DNA of 64,000 bases. Origin: Treponemataceae bacterium (GTDB lineage Bacteria; Spirochaetota; Spirochaetia; Treponematales; Rectinemataceae). The notes below the pieces were generated by a model. It searched no databases. It was not told the origin of the DNA and was given only the letters and a program-made list of their open reading frames with translations. The position numbers and the translations under genes are program-made. Below, in pieces: positions 27,113-37,170 of this stretch. Each line of letters starts with the position of its first letter. Position 1 is the stretch's first letter. The DNA lies in contig CAXXVZ010000005.1 in assembly GCA_963678065.2 (NCBI GenBank), positions 544,001 to 608,000 of the forward strand. The letters are read 5' to 3'.

Positions 27113-29085
27113 CAGACCCACCGGAGGGGCAGCCAGACGCTCATCTCGCTCTGCCCCCTGTTGTCCCACGCGAAGTAGGGCAGAAATGTCGCAAAGATGT
27201 CCTCCATGGACCACTTCCCGAGTTCTGTGTAGAGCCCCTCTGAGGGCTCGCGCGCTTCGCCGGCGAGGCCGGGGGATGAAAGGCGGCACACAGTCCCGCG
27301 CAGAAGAGTCATGCCCGAGAGCGCCCCGCTTCCTTGCAGTGTCCCGAGGCGAATCGCGGTCGGGATGTAGACCTCATCCAGTTTCGTCCCTTCGGGCAGA
27401 TCCTTCGATTCGAGGCAGTAGACGATGGGGCCTCTCAGGATGGCCGCCTGGTTGCGGGTCTCCTCCACGAGGTGGTGGGCGAGGACGAGTCTCGGGTTCA
27501 TGGGCAGGTCGAGCTCGATGATGTCGCCCTTCTTCCACGCGCGCGTCACCGGAAGGTAGCTGCAGGGCCGGATTTCCTCTTCGCAGGCGCTCCCGTTGAC
27601 CGAGACGCTCGCCCCTCTGGCCCAGGAGGGAATCCTGAGCGAGATCGCGAAGGCGCGACCGGGAACCTCGGCCAGCTCGATATGGATCTTCCCGTCCCAG
27701 GGATAGTCCGTCTTCTGCGACAGCGAAACCCGACTGCCGTCCGCGAGGCTCGTGGAGAGGCTGTTTCCCCCGTAGAGGTTCACGGTCAGCCCCTCCCGGG
27801 TGATGCCGTAGGCCATGGCCCCGGCCCCCGCGATCGTCCTGAGGACATTGGGAGGGCAGCAGAAGCTCGAGAGGTAGCGGCTCCTCGTCCGGGGCCAGCG
27901 GAGCGAGAAGGGAAGCGCCCGCTCCTGACGCAGGGCGTTCTGGTAGAAGAATTTCGTGCCGTCCAGACTGATTCCGGAGAGCACGCTGTTGTAGAGGACG
28001 GTCTCCACCGTGTCCATGAAGCGGGCCTCGCCCGTGATCCTGAACATGCGCCAGTTCCACAGGGCGTTGCCGATGTTGGCGCAGGTCTCGTTGTAGGCTG
28101 TCATGTTGGGCAGCTGATACTCGCGGCCGTAAGCCTGGTGGATGCGCTGGATGGCCCAGTGGTCCTCGTCGCCGTCGGGCGATACCCCATCGTAGAGGGC
28201 GCCCGTGGCCCCCGTGATGTAGGTCTTGGTGTGCGCGACGTTCTTCCATATCGACTCGAGCGGTTCGAGGAGGCTCGGGTCTCCGTTTTCCGCGTAGACA
28301 TCGGCGGCGCCCGAGTACAGATAGTTGGCGCGGACGGCGTGGCCGACGGCCTTCCTCTGGGCGCGGAAGGGTATTCTGTCCTGGTTGTCGTCGGTCCCGT
28401 CCTTTATGATGTCGCGGCTGTCGATGAGGGCGGCCGCGAGCTCCACGTACTTTCGCTCTCCGGTCTGACGGTAGAGGTCGACGAGGCCCATGAGGTGGGA
28501 GGGACAGATGTTGTTCTTGGCCGTCTCGGGATCGGGGTTGCGGAAGCGCTCGATGAGATAGTCGGCGACCCTGCGGGCGACGGCGAGGAGGCTGTCCTTG
28601 CCGGTAGCCTGGGCGTGCCTGCAGGCCGTCGTCATGAGGTGGCCGAAGTTGTAGACCTCGAAGTGGAGGCGGTCGCCGGCATCGCGTTTTCCCACTTCGC
28701 TCCCGTTCTTCTGGGCGATGAGGACAGGGGTGTGGAGGTAGCCGTCACCACGCTGGGCCGCCGCGATGACCGCGATGACCTCGTCCATGAGGCGGTCCAA
28801 CTCCGCGTCCTGAGTCTGCGCGTAGATATCCGCCACCGATTCGAGCCACTTGTAGAGGTCGCCGTCGAAGAAAGGCGGGCCGGAGTGCCTCCCTTCTTCG
28901 AGCCCGGCGGCAATCCTGAAATTCGCGAAAGCGTGGCTCAGGGCGGGATCGTCCAGGATTTTCCACATCGAAGGGATCATCGTCGTGTGGCAGCGCGCGA
29001 TGCGTCCCGCCCAGAAGCCGTTCTCCCATTTCACATCGGCGACCGCGGGTTCGGCGACGCGGGCATAAGGACTTATCTTCACCAT
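27112..29085 (-). CDS. GH127 glycoside hydrolase (beta-L-arabinofuranosidase/aceric acidase family)
   Basis: DGDLYKWLE, GHAVRA, YNETCA, CCPPN, TDYPWDG, PYFAWDNR. Confidence 0.9.
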   Translation of the reverse strand: MVKISPYARVAEPAVADVKWENGFWAGRIARCHTTMIPSMWKILDDPALSHAFANFRIAAGLEEGRHSGPPFFDGDLYKWLESVADIYAQTQDAELDRLMDEVIAVIAAAQRGDGYLHTPVLIAQKNGSEVGKRDAGDRLHFEVYNFGHLMTTACRHAQATGKDSLLAVARRVADYLIERFRNPDPETAKNNICPSHLMGLVDLYRQTGERKYVELAAALIDSRDIIKDGTDDNQDRIPFRAQRKAVGHAVRANYLYSGAADVYAENGDPSLLEPLESIWKNVAHTKTYITGATGALYDGVSPDGDEDHWAIQRIHQAYGREYQLPNMTAYNETCANIGNALWNWRMFRITGEARFMDTVETVLYNSVLSGISLDGTKFFYQNALRQERALPFSLRWPRTRSRYLSSFCCPPNVLRTIAGAGAMAYGITREGLTVNLYGGNSLSTSLADGSRVSLSQKTDYPWDGKIHIELAEVPGRAFAISLRIPSWARGASVSVNGSACEEEIRPCSYLPVTRAWKKGDIIELDLPMNPRLVLAHHLVEETRNQAAILRGPIVYCLESKDLPEGTKLDEVYIPTAIRLGTLQGSGALSGMTLLRGTVCRLSSPGLAGEAREPSEGLYTELGKWSMEDIFATFLPYFAWDNRGQSEMSVWLPLRWV

Positions 29086-29118
29086 GAATTCCTCCTCAGG
29101 CACGGAGTCAGGTCAATG

Positions 29119-29210
29119 TTATACATCATACGTCTAATGTTTATATCGACATCTTTGCCCTGTCAAGGGCGAATCGAAAAAAGTCGAAGGCACGACATTT
29201 TCGAAAACTT
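29119..29210. promoter_or_regulatory. Divergent promoter region with ATACATCATACGTCT and CGAA repeats
   Basis: 12/15 match to the reverse complement of the 21489 motif; CGAA at 29175, 29185 and 29202. Confidence 0.5.
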
Positions 29211-29240
29211 CTGCTATACTCAAGGCCAACGGAGATCCAC

Positions 29241-30035
29241 ATGGCCCGAAAAGACACAGGCGGCAACGAACTACTCGCCCAGGAACGCAGACGGAAGATA
29301 CTCGAACTCCTGCAGGAAGAGGGAAGCGCGCGGGTGCGCAAGCTCAGCGCCCTCTTCAAGGTCTCGGAGCCGACGATACGGCAGGATCTGGAGAAGCTCG
29401 ACCAGGAAGGCTTCGTGACCCGCGAGCATGGAGGGGCCTTTCTCCGCACCGTGTCGCAGCAGGTGGGCTCCCAGTCCCTCCAGCACAACGACAATCTCGA
29501 CCGGAAGCTCCTCATCGCGCGCCGGGCCGCGGCCCTCGTGCGGCCCGGAGACCGGATCATCCTCGACTCCGGCTCGACCATAACGGAACTCGCCAAGTGC
29601 CTCAAGGATACTCCCGACCTGACCGTCATCACCAACGCCCTCAACATCGCCCTCATCATGGGCACCAACCCCAGCTGCAAGCTCATGGTCACGGGAGGCG
29701 AGTTCAAGGCCCCCACCCTCTCCCTCACCGGCGAAAAAGCCGCCCTGTTCTTCCGCAACATCTATGTCGACAAGCTCTTCCTGGCCACCGGAGGAATTTC
29801 CCCCAGCCTCGAACTGACCTACCCGGGATTCTCGGACCTCGTCGTCAAACAGGCCATGATCGACGTCTCGCGGGAGACGACGGTCCTCGCCGACTCGACA
29901 AAATTCGGCAAGGCCTCTCTCGCCTCTCTCGGCTCGATGGGCTTCGCGACTCGTATCATCACGGACGAGGGCATTCCGGAGGAAATTCGCGCGAAGATCA
30001 AGGATCTGGGCGTGGAAGTCATGATCGCTTCCTGA
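29241..30035 (+). CDS. DeoR/GlpR-family regulator
   Basis: ERRRKILELL...VSEPTIRQDL...HGGA, LDSGST, LADSTKFG. Confidence 0.93.
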   Translation: MARKDTGGNELLAQERRRKILELLQEEGSARVRKLSALFKVSEPTIRQDLEKLDQEGFVTREHGGAFLRTVSQQVGSQSLQHNDNLDRKLLIARRAAALVRPGDRIILDSGSTITELAKCLKDTPDLTVITNALNIALIMGTNPSCKLMVTGGEFKAPTLSLTGEKAALFFRNIYVDKLFLATGGISPSLELTYPGFSDLVVKQAMIDVSRETTVLADSTKFGKASLASLGSMGFATRIITDEGIPEEIRAKIKDLGVEVMIAS

Positions 30036-30070
30036 TACTTTCTATTACTTTCGAATTTTTTCTTTTTATT

Positions 30071-30100
30071 TTGACATTTTCCTCGAATCCAGTATACAAT
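30071..30100 (+). promoter_or_regulatory. Sigma70-like promoter
   Basis: TTGACA-N18-TACAAT upstream of the transketolase/kinase operon. Confidence 0.6.
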
Positions 30101-30214
30101 CCTCATGACCGTCCCGAGGCTATCATTCCGCGGGGCGGGCCGGGCAAAGCGGTGCATGCGTCGGGAACGACCTCCGTGCCACGCTGCCGGGAATACACGA
30201 TGAGGGAGGACCGG

Positions 30215-31063
30215 GTGAACGAAAACATACCCCTGTCCCGAACGGCGGCAGAAATACGAAAAAACATCGTCCGCATGGTCACGCGGGCAGGTGGCGGACA
30301 CATCGGCGGCTCCCTGTCCTCCGTGGACATCCTGACCGCGCTCTTCTTCCACTCCATGCGCCACGATCCTGCGAATCCGCGCGCTCCTGACAGGGACAAA
30401 TTCATCCTGAGCAAGGGTCACAGTGTCGAAGCCTACTACTGCGCCCTCGCGCGCTCGGGCTACTTCCCCGAAGCCAGGCTCCTCGACTACGGCGTCTTCG
30501 GCAGCGAACTCTACGGCCATCCTACGAAAAAGATCCCCGGCATCGAAATGCCGACCGGGGCCCTCGGCCACGGACTCTCCGTCGGGGTCGGCATCGCCAT
30601 CGGGGACAAACGGGACGGGAGGGATTGCAGGAGCTTCGTCCTCATGGGCGACGGGGAGCTCGCCGAGGGCTCGGTCTGGGAGGCAGCCATGGCCGGGGCC
30701 CACTACGGCCTCGACAACCTCGTCGCCATCATCGACTACAACAAATTGCAGATATCGGGCCAGGTGGACAGGGTCATGAGAAGCTCCGATCTCGGCGAAA
30801 AATGGCGGAGTTTCGGATGGGATGTCATCGAGACGGAGGGCAATAACCCCGATTCCCTCGCGCGGGTCTTCGATTCCCTGAAACCGGCCGGCGGCATGCC
30901 CCGCGTCGTCATAGCCCACACGACCAAGGGCAAAGGAGTATCCTTCATGGAGAATCTGGCAGTCTGGCACCATAAATCGACGAGTGAGGACGAATGCGAC
31001 CGGGCCATCGCCGAGATCGACGAGGCCATCGCCCGGTCCGAAAACTGTGGAGCGGGATCATGA
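30215..31063 (+). CDS. Split transketolase, N-terminal subunit (copy 2)
   Basis: GGAGG then GTG; GHIGGSLS, LSKGH, GDGELAEG...IDYN. Confidence 0.9.
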   Translation: MNENIPLSRTAAEIRKNIVRMVTRAGGGHIGGSLSSVDILTALFFHSMRHDPANPRAPDRDKFILSKGHSVEAYYCALARSGYFPEARLLDYGVFGSELYGHPTKKIPGIEMPTGALGHGLSVGVGIAIGDKRDGRDCRSFVLMGDGELAEGSVWEAAMAGAHYGLDNLVAIIDYNKLQISGQVDRVMRSSDLGEKWRSFGWDVIETEGNNPDSLARVFDSLKPAGGMPRVVIAHTTKGKGVSFMENLAVWHHKSTSEDECDRAIAEIDEAIARSENCGAGS

Positions 31064-32115
31064 GTTCCAGCGGTTTCAGCAACAGACACGCCTTCAGCCG
31101 CACTCTTCTGGAGGAAGCCCGGGCCAATCCCGCCATCTACGCGGTCACCTCGGACGCGCGGAACTCGGTCACCATCCAGGATTTCGCGACGGCTCTTCCC
31201 GGACAGTTCGTCGAGGTGGGCATCGCGGAACAGGACGCCGTGGGCATCGCGGCCGGACTCGCCATCGTCGGGAAGCGGGTCTTCGTCTGCGGCCCCGCCT
31301 CATTTTATTCGGCGCGCAGCCTCGAGCAGGTCAAAAACGATGTCGCCTACGCTGGCTCCGACGTCAAGGTCATAGGCGTATCCGGCGGCGTCAGCTACGG
31401 CGCCCTCGGAGGAACCCACCACTCGCTGCACGATCTGGCCGTCATGCGCACTTTTCCGGGCCTGCGCGTCTTCCTGCCCTGCGACGCCTACCAGACGGCG
31501 GCCATAACCCGGCTCATGGCTTCTAATCCCTGGCCCTGCTACATGCGTACAGGCAGGGATCCTTCGGCGGAGGTCTACCCAGCCGGATGGAAAGGGAGCT
31601 TCGAGGCGGGCGCGGCCGTGATGCTCAGGGATGGGGCTGACGGCGCCATCGTGGCGGCGGGAGAGACGGTCCAGAGCGCTCTCGGCGCGGCCGATATCCT
31701 CGCTTCGCGCGGAATCGGTGTCAGGGTTCTCGACTGCTGGTCCATCAAACCCTTCGACAGGGGGGCCATAGAAGCGGCGGCCAGAGAGACCGGCCTCATC
31801 GTCACGGTGGAGGAGCACAGCGTTTTCGGCGGTCTCGGTGCCGCGGTGGCCGAGGCTGTGGTACAATCCACTCCCGTGCCGGTAAAAATCATCGGCTTCC
31901 CGGACGAGTGGGCCCCTGCCGGGAACGCCCGCGAACTCTTCGACTATTACGGTCTGTCCGCGGGCAAACTGGCGGAGAGCGTGGAATCCGCAATTCGTGA
32001 AAAAACCGCAAAACGCGGGGCCGGGACAGGAATCAGCGGCGTCAGTTCCGGGGCCGGAGCCGGCAACGCCAGGTCTGGGACCGGGCCTGGCGCAGGAGGA
32101 GGGTTTTCGCGATGA
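31060..32115 (+). CDS. Split transketolase, C-terminal subunit (copy 2)
   Basis: EVGIAEQ, ARSLEQVKND, GGTHHS, EEHSVFGGLG. Confidence 0.9.
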   Translation: MSSSGFSNRHAFSRTLLEEARANPAIYAVTSDARNSVTIQDFATALPGQFVEVGIAEQDAVGIAAGLAIVGKRVFVCGPASFYSARSLEQVKNDVAYAGSDVKVIGVSGGVSYGALGGTHHSLHDLAVMRTFPGLRVFLPCDAYQTAAITRLMASNPWPCYMRTGRDPSAEVYPAGWKGSFEAGAAVMLRDGADGAIVAAGETVQSALGAADILASRGIGVRVLDCWSIKPFDRGAIEAAARETGLIVTVEEHSVFGGLGAAVAEAVVQSTPVPVKIIGFPDEWAPAGNARELFDYYGLSAGKLAESVESAIREKTAKRGAGTGISGVSSGAGAGNARSGTGPGAGGGFSR

Positions 32116-33677
32116 GTGGTCAGAGCATCATCCTGGCCGTCGACCAGAGCACCTCGGGCACCAAGGCCCTCGCCTTCGACGCCGAGGGACGGCGGCTCGG
32201 CAGGGTCACGATCGCCCACGAACAATTCTACCCCGCCCCGGGACTCGTCGAGCACGATCCCGAGGAGATCCTCGCGGCCACGCGCCGGGCCGTGGCCGAG
32301 CTCGTCGCCGCGCTCAGGATCGATCCCGCCGACATCGCCGCCCTCGCGCTCACGAACCAGAGGGAGACGGTCGTCGCCTGGGACGCCCAGACCGGAAGAC
32401 CCCTGCACAGGGCCCTCGTCTGGCAGGACGCGCGCGGACGCGGCATCTGCGAAGAGCTCGCCGCCAGAAAGGACTGTCACTCCGGGAAAAACGCGGGCCT
32501 CGGGCAGCGCGTGAAGGACATAACCGGCCTCCCCCTCGACCCCATGTTCTCTGCTTCCAAGCTCGCCTGGCTCGTCGCCAACGACGCGGATGCGAAGGCC
32601 TGCCTCGATTCAGGCAGGCTCATGGCCGGGACGATCGACAGCTGGCTTATCTGGAAACTGACGGGCAAAGAGGTCTTCGCCTGCGACCTCTCCAACGCGT
32701 CGAGGACCATGCTCCTCGACATCCACAGGCTTTCCTGGAGCGCGGAAATTCTCGAACTGTTCGGACTCTCCGGTATCAGGCTCCCCGAGCCCCGGCTTTC
32801 CGACGCAGGATTCGGCGAGGCCTATTTCCCCGAATTGGGCAGGAAGATACCGATAGCCGCGGTGATGGGGGACAGCCACGCGGCCCTCTTCGGCCACGGC
32901 GCGAGGACTCCGGGCTCGGCCAAATCTGGCTACGGGACGGGCTCGTCGGTCATGTCCTACATCGGCCCCGACCCGGGCACGAGCCCCTCGGGCATCGTGC
33001 TCTCCCTCGGCTGGGGATTCCGGGGCTCCCCGGCCTATGTCTACGAGGGGAACATCCAGTCCACGGGCGACACGATGCGCTGGCTCCGCGACAACCTCGG
33101 CCTCTTCCAGAATCACGACGAGGCCGAGGCGATGGCCGAGTCGGTGTCCGACACCGCCGGCATCCTCCTCGTCCCCTCTTTTTCCGGATTGGGCGCTCCC
33201 CACTGGGCCGCGACGGCGGGAGCTCTCATCGTCGGCATGCCGCGAGGCTCGGACAAACGCCACCTGGTGCGCGCCGGCCTCGAATCCATCGCCTACCAGG
33301 TCGCGGAACTCGTCACCGAGATGGACCGCCTCACGGGCACTCCTTTAAGGAGCCTCATGGTCGACGGCGGCCCCACGCGCAACCGCTTTCTCATGCAGTT
33401 CCAGGCCGATATTCTCGGCATACCCGTCATCGTTCCGGAGACGGAGGAGATACCCGCCCTCGGCGCGGCGCTCATGGCGGCTGCCGCCCGCGGCCTCGGC
33501 GATCCCGATGCCCTTTCGCGGAACAGGGAGCAGCGCGAGTATCTGCCGCGCATGCAGGCTTCCCGGCGCGAGGCGCTGCTCTCGGCCTGGCGCGACGCTG
33601 TTTGTACAGCCATAGACCACCAGACGATCCGCGCCCGCGATCAGAAAACCATCCAGACAGGAGCGATTCATGAATAG
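32112..33677 (+). CDS. FGGY-family carbohydrate kinase (glycerol-kinase-like)
   Basis: DQSTSGTK, TNQRET, WQD, SNASRTML, GYGTG, FSGLGAPHW, VDGG. Confidence 0.88.
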   Translation: MSGQSIILAVDQSTSGTKALAFDAEGRRLGRVTIAHEQFYPAPGLVEHDPEEILAATRRAVAELVAALRIDPADIAALALTNQRETVVAWDAQTGRPLHRALVWQDARGRGICEELAARKDCHSGKNAGLGQRVKDITGLPLDPMFSASKLAWLVANDADAKACLDSGRLMAGTIDSWLIWKLTGKEVFACDLSNASRTMLLDIHRLSWSAEILELFGLSGIRLPEPRLSDAGFGEAYFPELGRKIPIAAVMGDSHAALFGHGARTPGSAKSGYGTGSSVMSYIGPDPGTSPSGIVLSLGWGFRGSPAYVYEGNIQSTGDTMRWLRDNLGLFQNHDEAEAMAESVSDTAGILLVPSFSGLGAPHWAATAGALIVGMPRGSDKRHLVRAGLESIAYQVAELVTEMDRLTGTPLRSLMVDGGPTRNRFLMQFQADILGIPVIVPETEEIPALGAALMAAAARGLGDPDALSRNREQREYLPRMQASRREALLSAWRDAVCTAIDHQTIRARDQKTIQTGAIHE

Positions 33678-35139
33678 CGCACAATCATACGTGAAAGATG
33701 CCCCGCGCGGAATCCGCGGCATCATGGGCAAGAAGTCCGTGTTCGGCGTAATCGTCAGCTCGCGTTCATTCTTCAACGCGGAGCACGCGCGCGGAGCGCG
33801 GGAAGGCGTGCTCGGTCACCTCGCCTCCCTCGGAATCGAGGCCGTGACAGGAAGCCCGGAGCTGACGCCGGACGGGGCTGTCGCCACGCACAGCGACGCC
33901 CTGAAATACGCCGAACTCTTCCGCTCCCGCTCTGCCGACATCGACGGCATCGTCGTCGTCCTCGCCAACTTCGGGGACGAAATCGCCGTAACCGAGACGA
34001 TCAAACTCTCGGGTCTCGATGTTCCCGTCCTCGTGCAGGCCTCTGCCGACGATCTCGACAAGCTCGACGTCCACGGCCGTCGCGACGCGTACTGCGGGAA
34101 AATATCGGTCTGCAACAATTTCCGGCAATCCAAAATCGCCTGGACGGATACGGCGGGTCACGTCTGCCCGGCCGGCTCCGATGAATTCCGCGGCGACCTC
34201 GAAAACTTCGCCCGCCTGTGCCGCACCGTGAAGGGCTTGCGGACAGCCCGCGTCGGAGCCATCGGCGCGAGGCCCGGGGCCTTCCGCACCGTCCGCTACA
34301 GCGAAAAACTCCTCCAGGATTCCGGCGTCACCGTCGTTCCTGTCGACCTCTCCGAAATTTTCGCCGCCGCCGAATCCATCGGCGACGCGGAGCCCGGACT
34401 CGCGGCCGTCCTCTCGCGCATCGGCGCCTACGGCCGGATTCCGGAGGGCATCGCCAGGGCGAACATCATGAAACAGGCCCGATTCACCCTCGCCGTGGAG
34501 CGCTGGATGGACGAGAACGACTGCGATGCGAGCGCCATCCAGTGCTGGGAGTCGATGCAGAAGAACTACGGCTGCGCGAGCTGCCTGTCCATGAGCATGA
34601 TGGGCGAGGCTCTGCGCCCCAGCGCCTGCGAGGTCGACGTCACGGGCGCGGTATCCATGTACGCCCTCACGCTGGCTTCGGGCCGGCCTGCGGGCTTTCT
34701 CGACTGGAACAACAACTACGGCGACAGGGAGGATTTCGTCGTCGGCACCCACTGCAGCAATTTCCCGAAGGGCTTCATGGGCTCCGATATCGAGATATCC
34801 AATCTCGACATTCTCGGCGAGAGCCTCGGGCGCGAGCGCTGTTTCGGAGCCATCAAGGGGAAGGTCGCCCCCGGTCCCTTCACCTTCTTCCGCCTCTCCA
34901 CCGACGACGTCGCGGGGAAAATCAAGTGCTACACCGGCGAGGGCGAGTTCACGGCAGACCCCTTCCCCATGGACGGCGGAATAGCGGTCTGCCGCATTCC
35001 CGGCGTGCGCGATCTCATGCGGCACGTCACGCGCGAGGGCTTCGAACACCACGTCGCGATGGCGCGGGGCTCCTCGTCCGCGATCCTGGAAGAGTCCGTC
35101 GTCCGCTACCTGGGCTGGGATTTCCACAGGCACGGATGA
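33670..35139 (+). CDS. L-fucose/L-arabinose isomerase-like protein
   Basis: NFGDE, RRDAYCGKIS, IQCW, CEVD, DWNNN, HCSN, GFEHH. Confidence 0.8.
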   Translation: MNSAQSYVKDAPRGIRGIMGKKSVFGVIVSSRSFFNAEHARGAREGVLGHLASLGIEAVTGSPELTPDGAVATHSDALKYAELFRSRSADIDGIVVVLANFGDEIAVTETIKLSGLDVPVLVQASADDLDKLDVHGRRDAYCGKISVCNNFRQSKIAWTDTAGHVCPAGSDEFRGDLENFARLCRTVKGLRTARVGAIGARPGAFRTVRYSEKLLQDSGVTVVPVDLSEIFAAAESIGDAEPGLAAVLSRIGAYGRIPEGIARANIMKQARFTLAVERWMDENDCDASAIQCWESMQKNYGCASCLSMSMMGEALRPSACEVDVTGAVSMYALTLASGRPAGFLDWNNNYGDREDFVVGTHCSNFPKGFMGSDIEISNLDILGESLGRERCFGAIKGKVAPGPFTFFRLSTDDVAGKIKCYTGEGEFTADPFPMDGGIAVCRIPGVRDLMRHVTREGFEHHVAMARGSSSAILEESVVRYLGWDFHRHG

Positions 35140-35267
35140 CCGCGGCGCCGTTGACCTTGTCGGGTAACGGCGCGGGACAGCCGCCGTTACCTGTCCCGCA
35201 GTAGCTGCGCCGTGTCGACAGGGCCCCGGCGCAGGCGTTACACTTGCAGGACGGAACGGAGGAATAC

Positions 35268-36245
35268 ATGGAATACAGAAGACTCGGCTCGGCCGGCATA
35301 AAGGTATCGGCGCTGTCCCTCGGATCCTGGGTGACCTACGGCTCCCAGGTCGACATCGACGCGGCGGCGGCCATGATCAAGGCCGCCTACGACGCGGGTG
35401 TCAATTTCTTCGACAACGCCGAAGTGTACATGAACGGCAAGGCCGAGGAGATCATGGGCGCGGCCTTCAAGCGCCTCGGACTCCGCCGCGGTTCCTGGCT
35501 CATCTCGACGAAGCTCTTCTGGGGCATCAACGAGGGTCCGAACGAAAAGAACACCCTCAACCGCAAATATCTCATGGAGTCGATGGACGGCTCCCTGCGC
35601 CGACTCGGCATGGACCACGTCGACTTCGTCTACTGCCACCGCCCCGATTCAGAGACGCCGATCGAGGAGACCGTCTGGGCCATGAACGACATCGTCGCCT
35701 CGGGGAAAGCCCTCTACTGGGGCACGAGCGAGTGGTCGGCCGAGCAGATCCGCGAGGCCTGGGAAATCGCCGACCGGCGCAACCTGCGCAAGCCCCAGAT
35801 GGAGCAGCCCCTCTACAACATGATCTCCCGCAAACGCGTCGAGGTCGAATACGCCCGTCTCTACGACGGTGTAGGGCTCGGCCTCACGACCTTCAGCCCC
35901 CTCGCCTCCGGGCTCCTCTCGGGCAAATACTCCAACGGCATCCCCGAAGGTTCGCGCTTCTCGCTTCCCGGCTACGGCTGGCTCAAGTCGCGCTACTACC
36001 AGGAAGAGCTCTTGAAATGCGTCGCGGCCCTCGAGCCCATCGCGCGCGATCTTAGCTGCTCCATGTCCCAGCTCGGCATAGCCTGGGTGGCGAAAAACCC
36101 GAGAGTCAGCTCGGTCATCACCGGCGCGAGCCGCATCGAGCAGCTCACCGAAAACATGAAGGCCCTCGAAGTCCTCCCCAAGCTCACGCAGGACGTTCTC
36201 GCCCTCATCGACGAAGTCCTCTCGCCCGTCCTCAAGGCGGAATGA
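35268..36245 (+). CDS. Aldo/keto reductase (Kv-beta-like subfamily)
   Basis: MEYRRLG, FDNAEVY, STK, CHRPD, WGTSEW, SPLASG. Confidence 0.92.
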   Translation: MEYRRLGSAGIKVSALSLGSWVTYGSQVDIDAAAAMIKAAYDAGVNFFDNAEVYMNGKAEEIMGAAFKRLGLRRGSWLISTKLFWGINEGPNEKNTLNRKYLMESMDGSLRRLGMDHVDFVYCHRPDSETPIEETVWAMNDIVASGKALYWGTSEWSAEQIREAWEIADRRNLRKPQMEQPLYNMISRKRVEVEYARLYDGVGLGLTTFSPLASGLLSGKYSNGIPEGSRFSLPGYGWLKSRYYQEELLKCVAALEPIARDLSCSMSQLGIAWVAKNPRVSSVITGASRIEQLTENMKALEVLPKLTQDVLALIDEVLSPVLKAE

Positions 36246-36339
36246 GCGATGGCGGGGTTCCGGGCGCGCGCCAGCCTCTGGCGGGCCGCGCTCCGGATTT
36301 CCCGTTTCCATTACCCGCGACACCGCGGGCGGAGCGCGA

Positions 36340-37170
36340 ATGCTCGTCGATTTTCATACCCACCTTCACCTCTACCGGGACCGGACAGCCTGTCTTTGTG
36401 AAATCGCCGCGGGCCGGATTCTTTCCGTCGCCTCGTCCATGGACATCCCCTCCTACCGCGTCACCCTCGATCTCGCCGCGCGGCCGGAGGCGCGCGGCCT
36501 GGTCGTCCCCAGCTTCGGCATCCACCCGCACTGCGCCGCGCAGTGCCTGACCCCGGTCGGGGACGACCAGACCGTTCTTAACGCGCTCGACTCTCTCATC
36601 GCCTCGAGTCCCATCATCGGCGAGATCGGTCTCGACTTCTTCTGGGAGAAGGAAGTCGACCCTCGCGCCCAGGAAAAGGTCTTCGTCCACTTCCTCGAAA
36701 AGGCGGCCGAACAGGACAAATATTGCGTCATCCACACCAAGGGCGCCGAATCGCGCATCCTCGACATCCTCTCGGTCCGGGGCTTCCGGAAAATCGTCGT
36801 CCACTGGTACCACGGCCCGGAGACTATCTTCCGGAAGCTCGCGGATCTCGGTTGCCACTTCACCTTCGGCTGCGAAGTCCGGCACTCGCAGGAAGTCCGC
36901 GACCTTTTGAAGCTGGCCCCGGAGGACCGCGTTCTCGCGGAGACGGACAACCCCGGCAGCGAAATCTGGCTCGGCGGAGAGCGGGATGATCCGGGCCTCA
37001 TCGGGCGAGTCATAGCCGACATGGGATCTGTGCTCGGGAAAAGCCCATCCGAGATGGAATCCCTCGTGGAGCGCAACTCTCTCGCCATCCTGCGGGATGC
37101 GGGCATCGCCATTCCGGGCCGCGCCGGGAGCACTCCGGGCGGGGAAAAGGAAGCAAAGGACGAGTTATGA
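36340..37170 (+). CDS. TatD-family metallohydrolase
   Basis: DFHTH, GIHP, GEIGLD, IHTK, VHWY, AETD. Confidence 0.88.
   Translation: MLVDFHTHLHLYRDRTACLCEIAAGRILSVASSMDIPSYRVTLDLAARPEARGLVVPSFGIHPHCAAQCLTPVGDDQTVLNALDSLIASSPIIGEIGLDFFWEKEVDPRAQEKVFVHFLEKAAEQDKYCVIHTKGAESRILDILSVRGFRKIVVHWYHGPETIFRKLADLGCHFTFGCEVRHSQEVRDLLKLAPEDRVLAETDNPGSEIWLGGERDDPGLIGRVIADMGSVLGKSPSEMESLVERNSLAILRDAGIAIPGRAGSTPGGEKEAKDEL

Noticed and set aside
32112..33677. Calling the kinase glpK
   Set aside because: The context (transketolase, isomerase; no glpF/glpD) argues for another substrate.
35139..35240. GC-rich inverted repeats after the isomerase gene
   Set aside because: No U-tract or known RNA motif; cannot assign a function.
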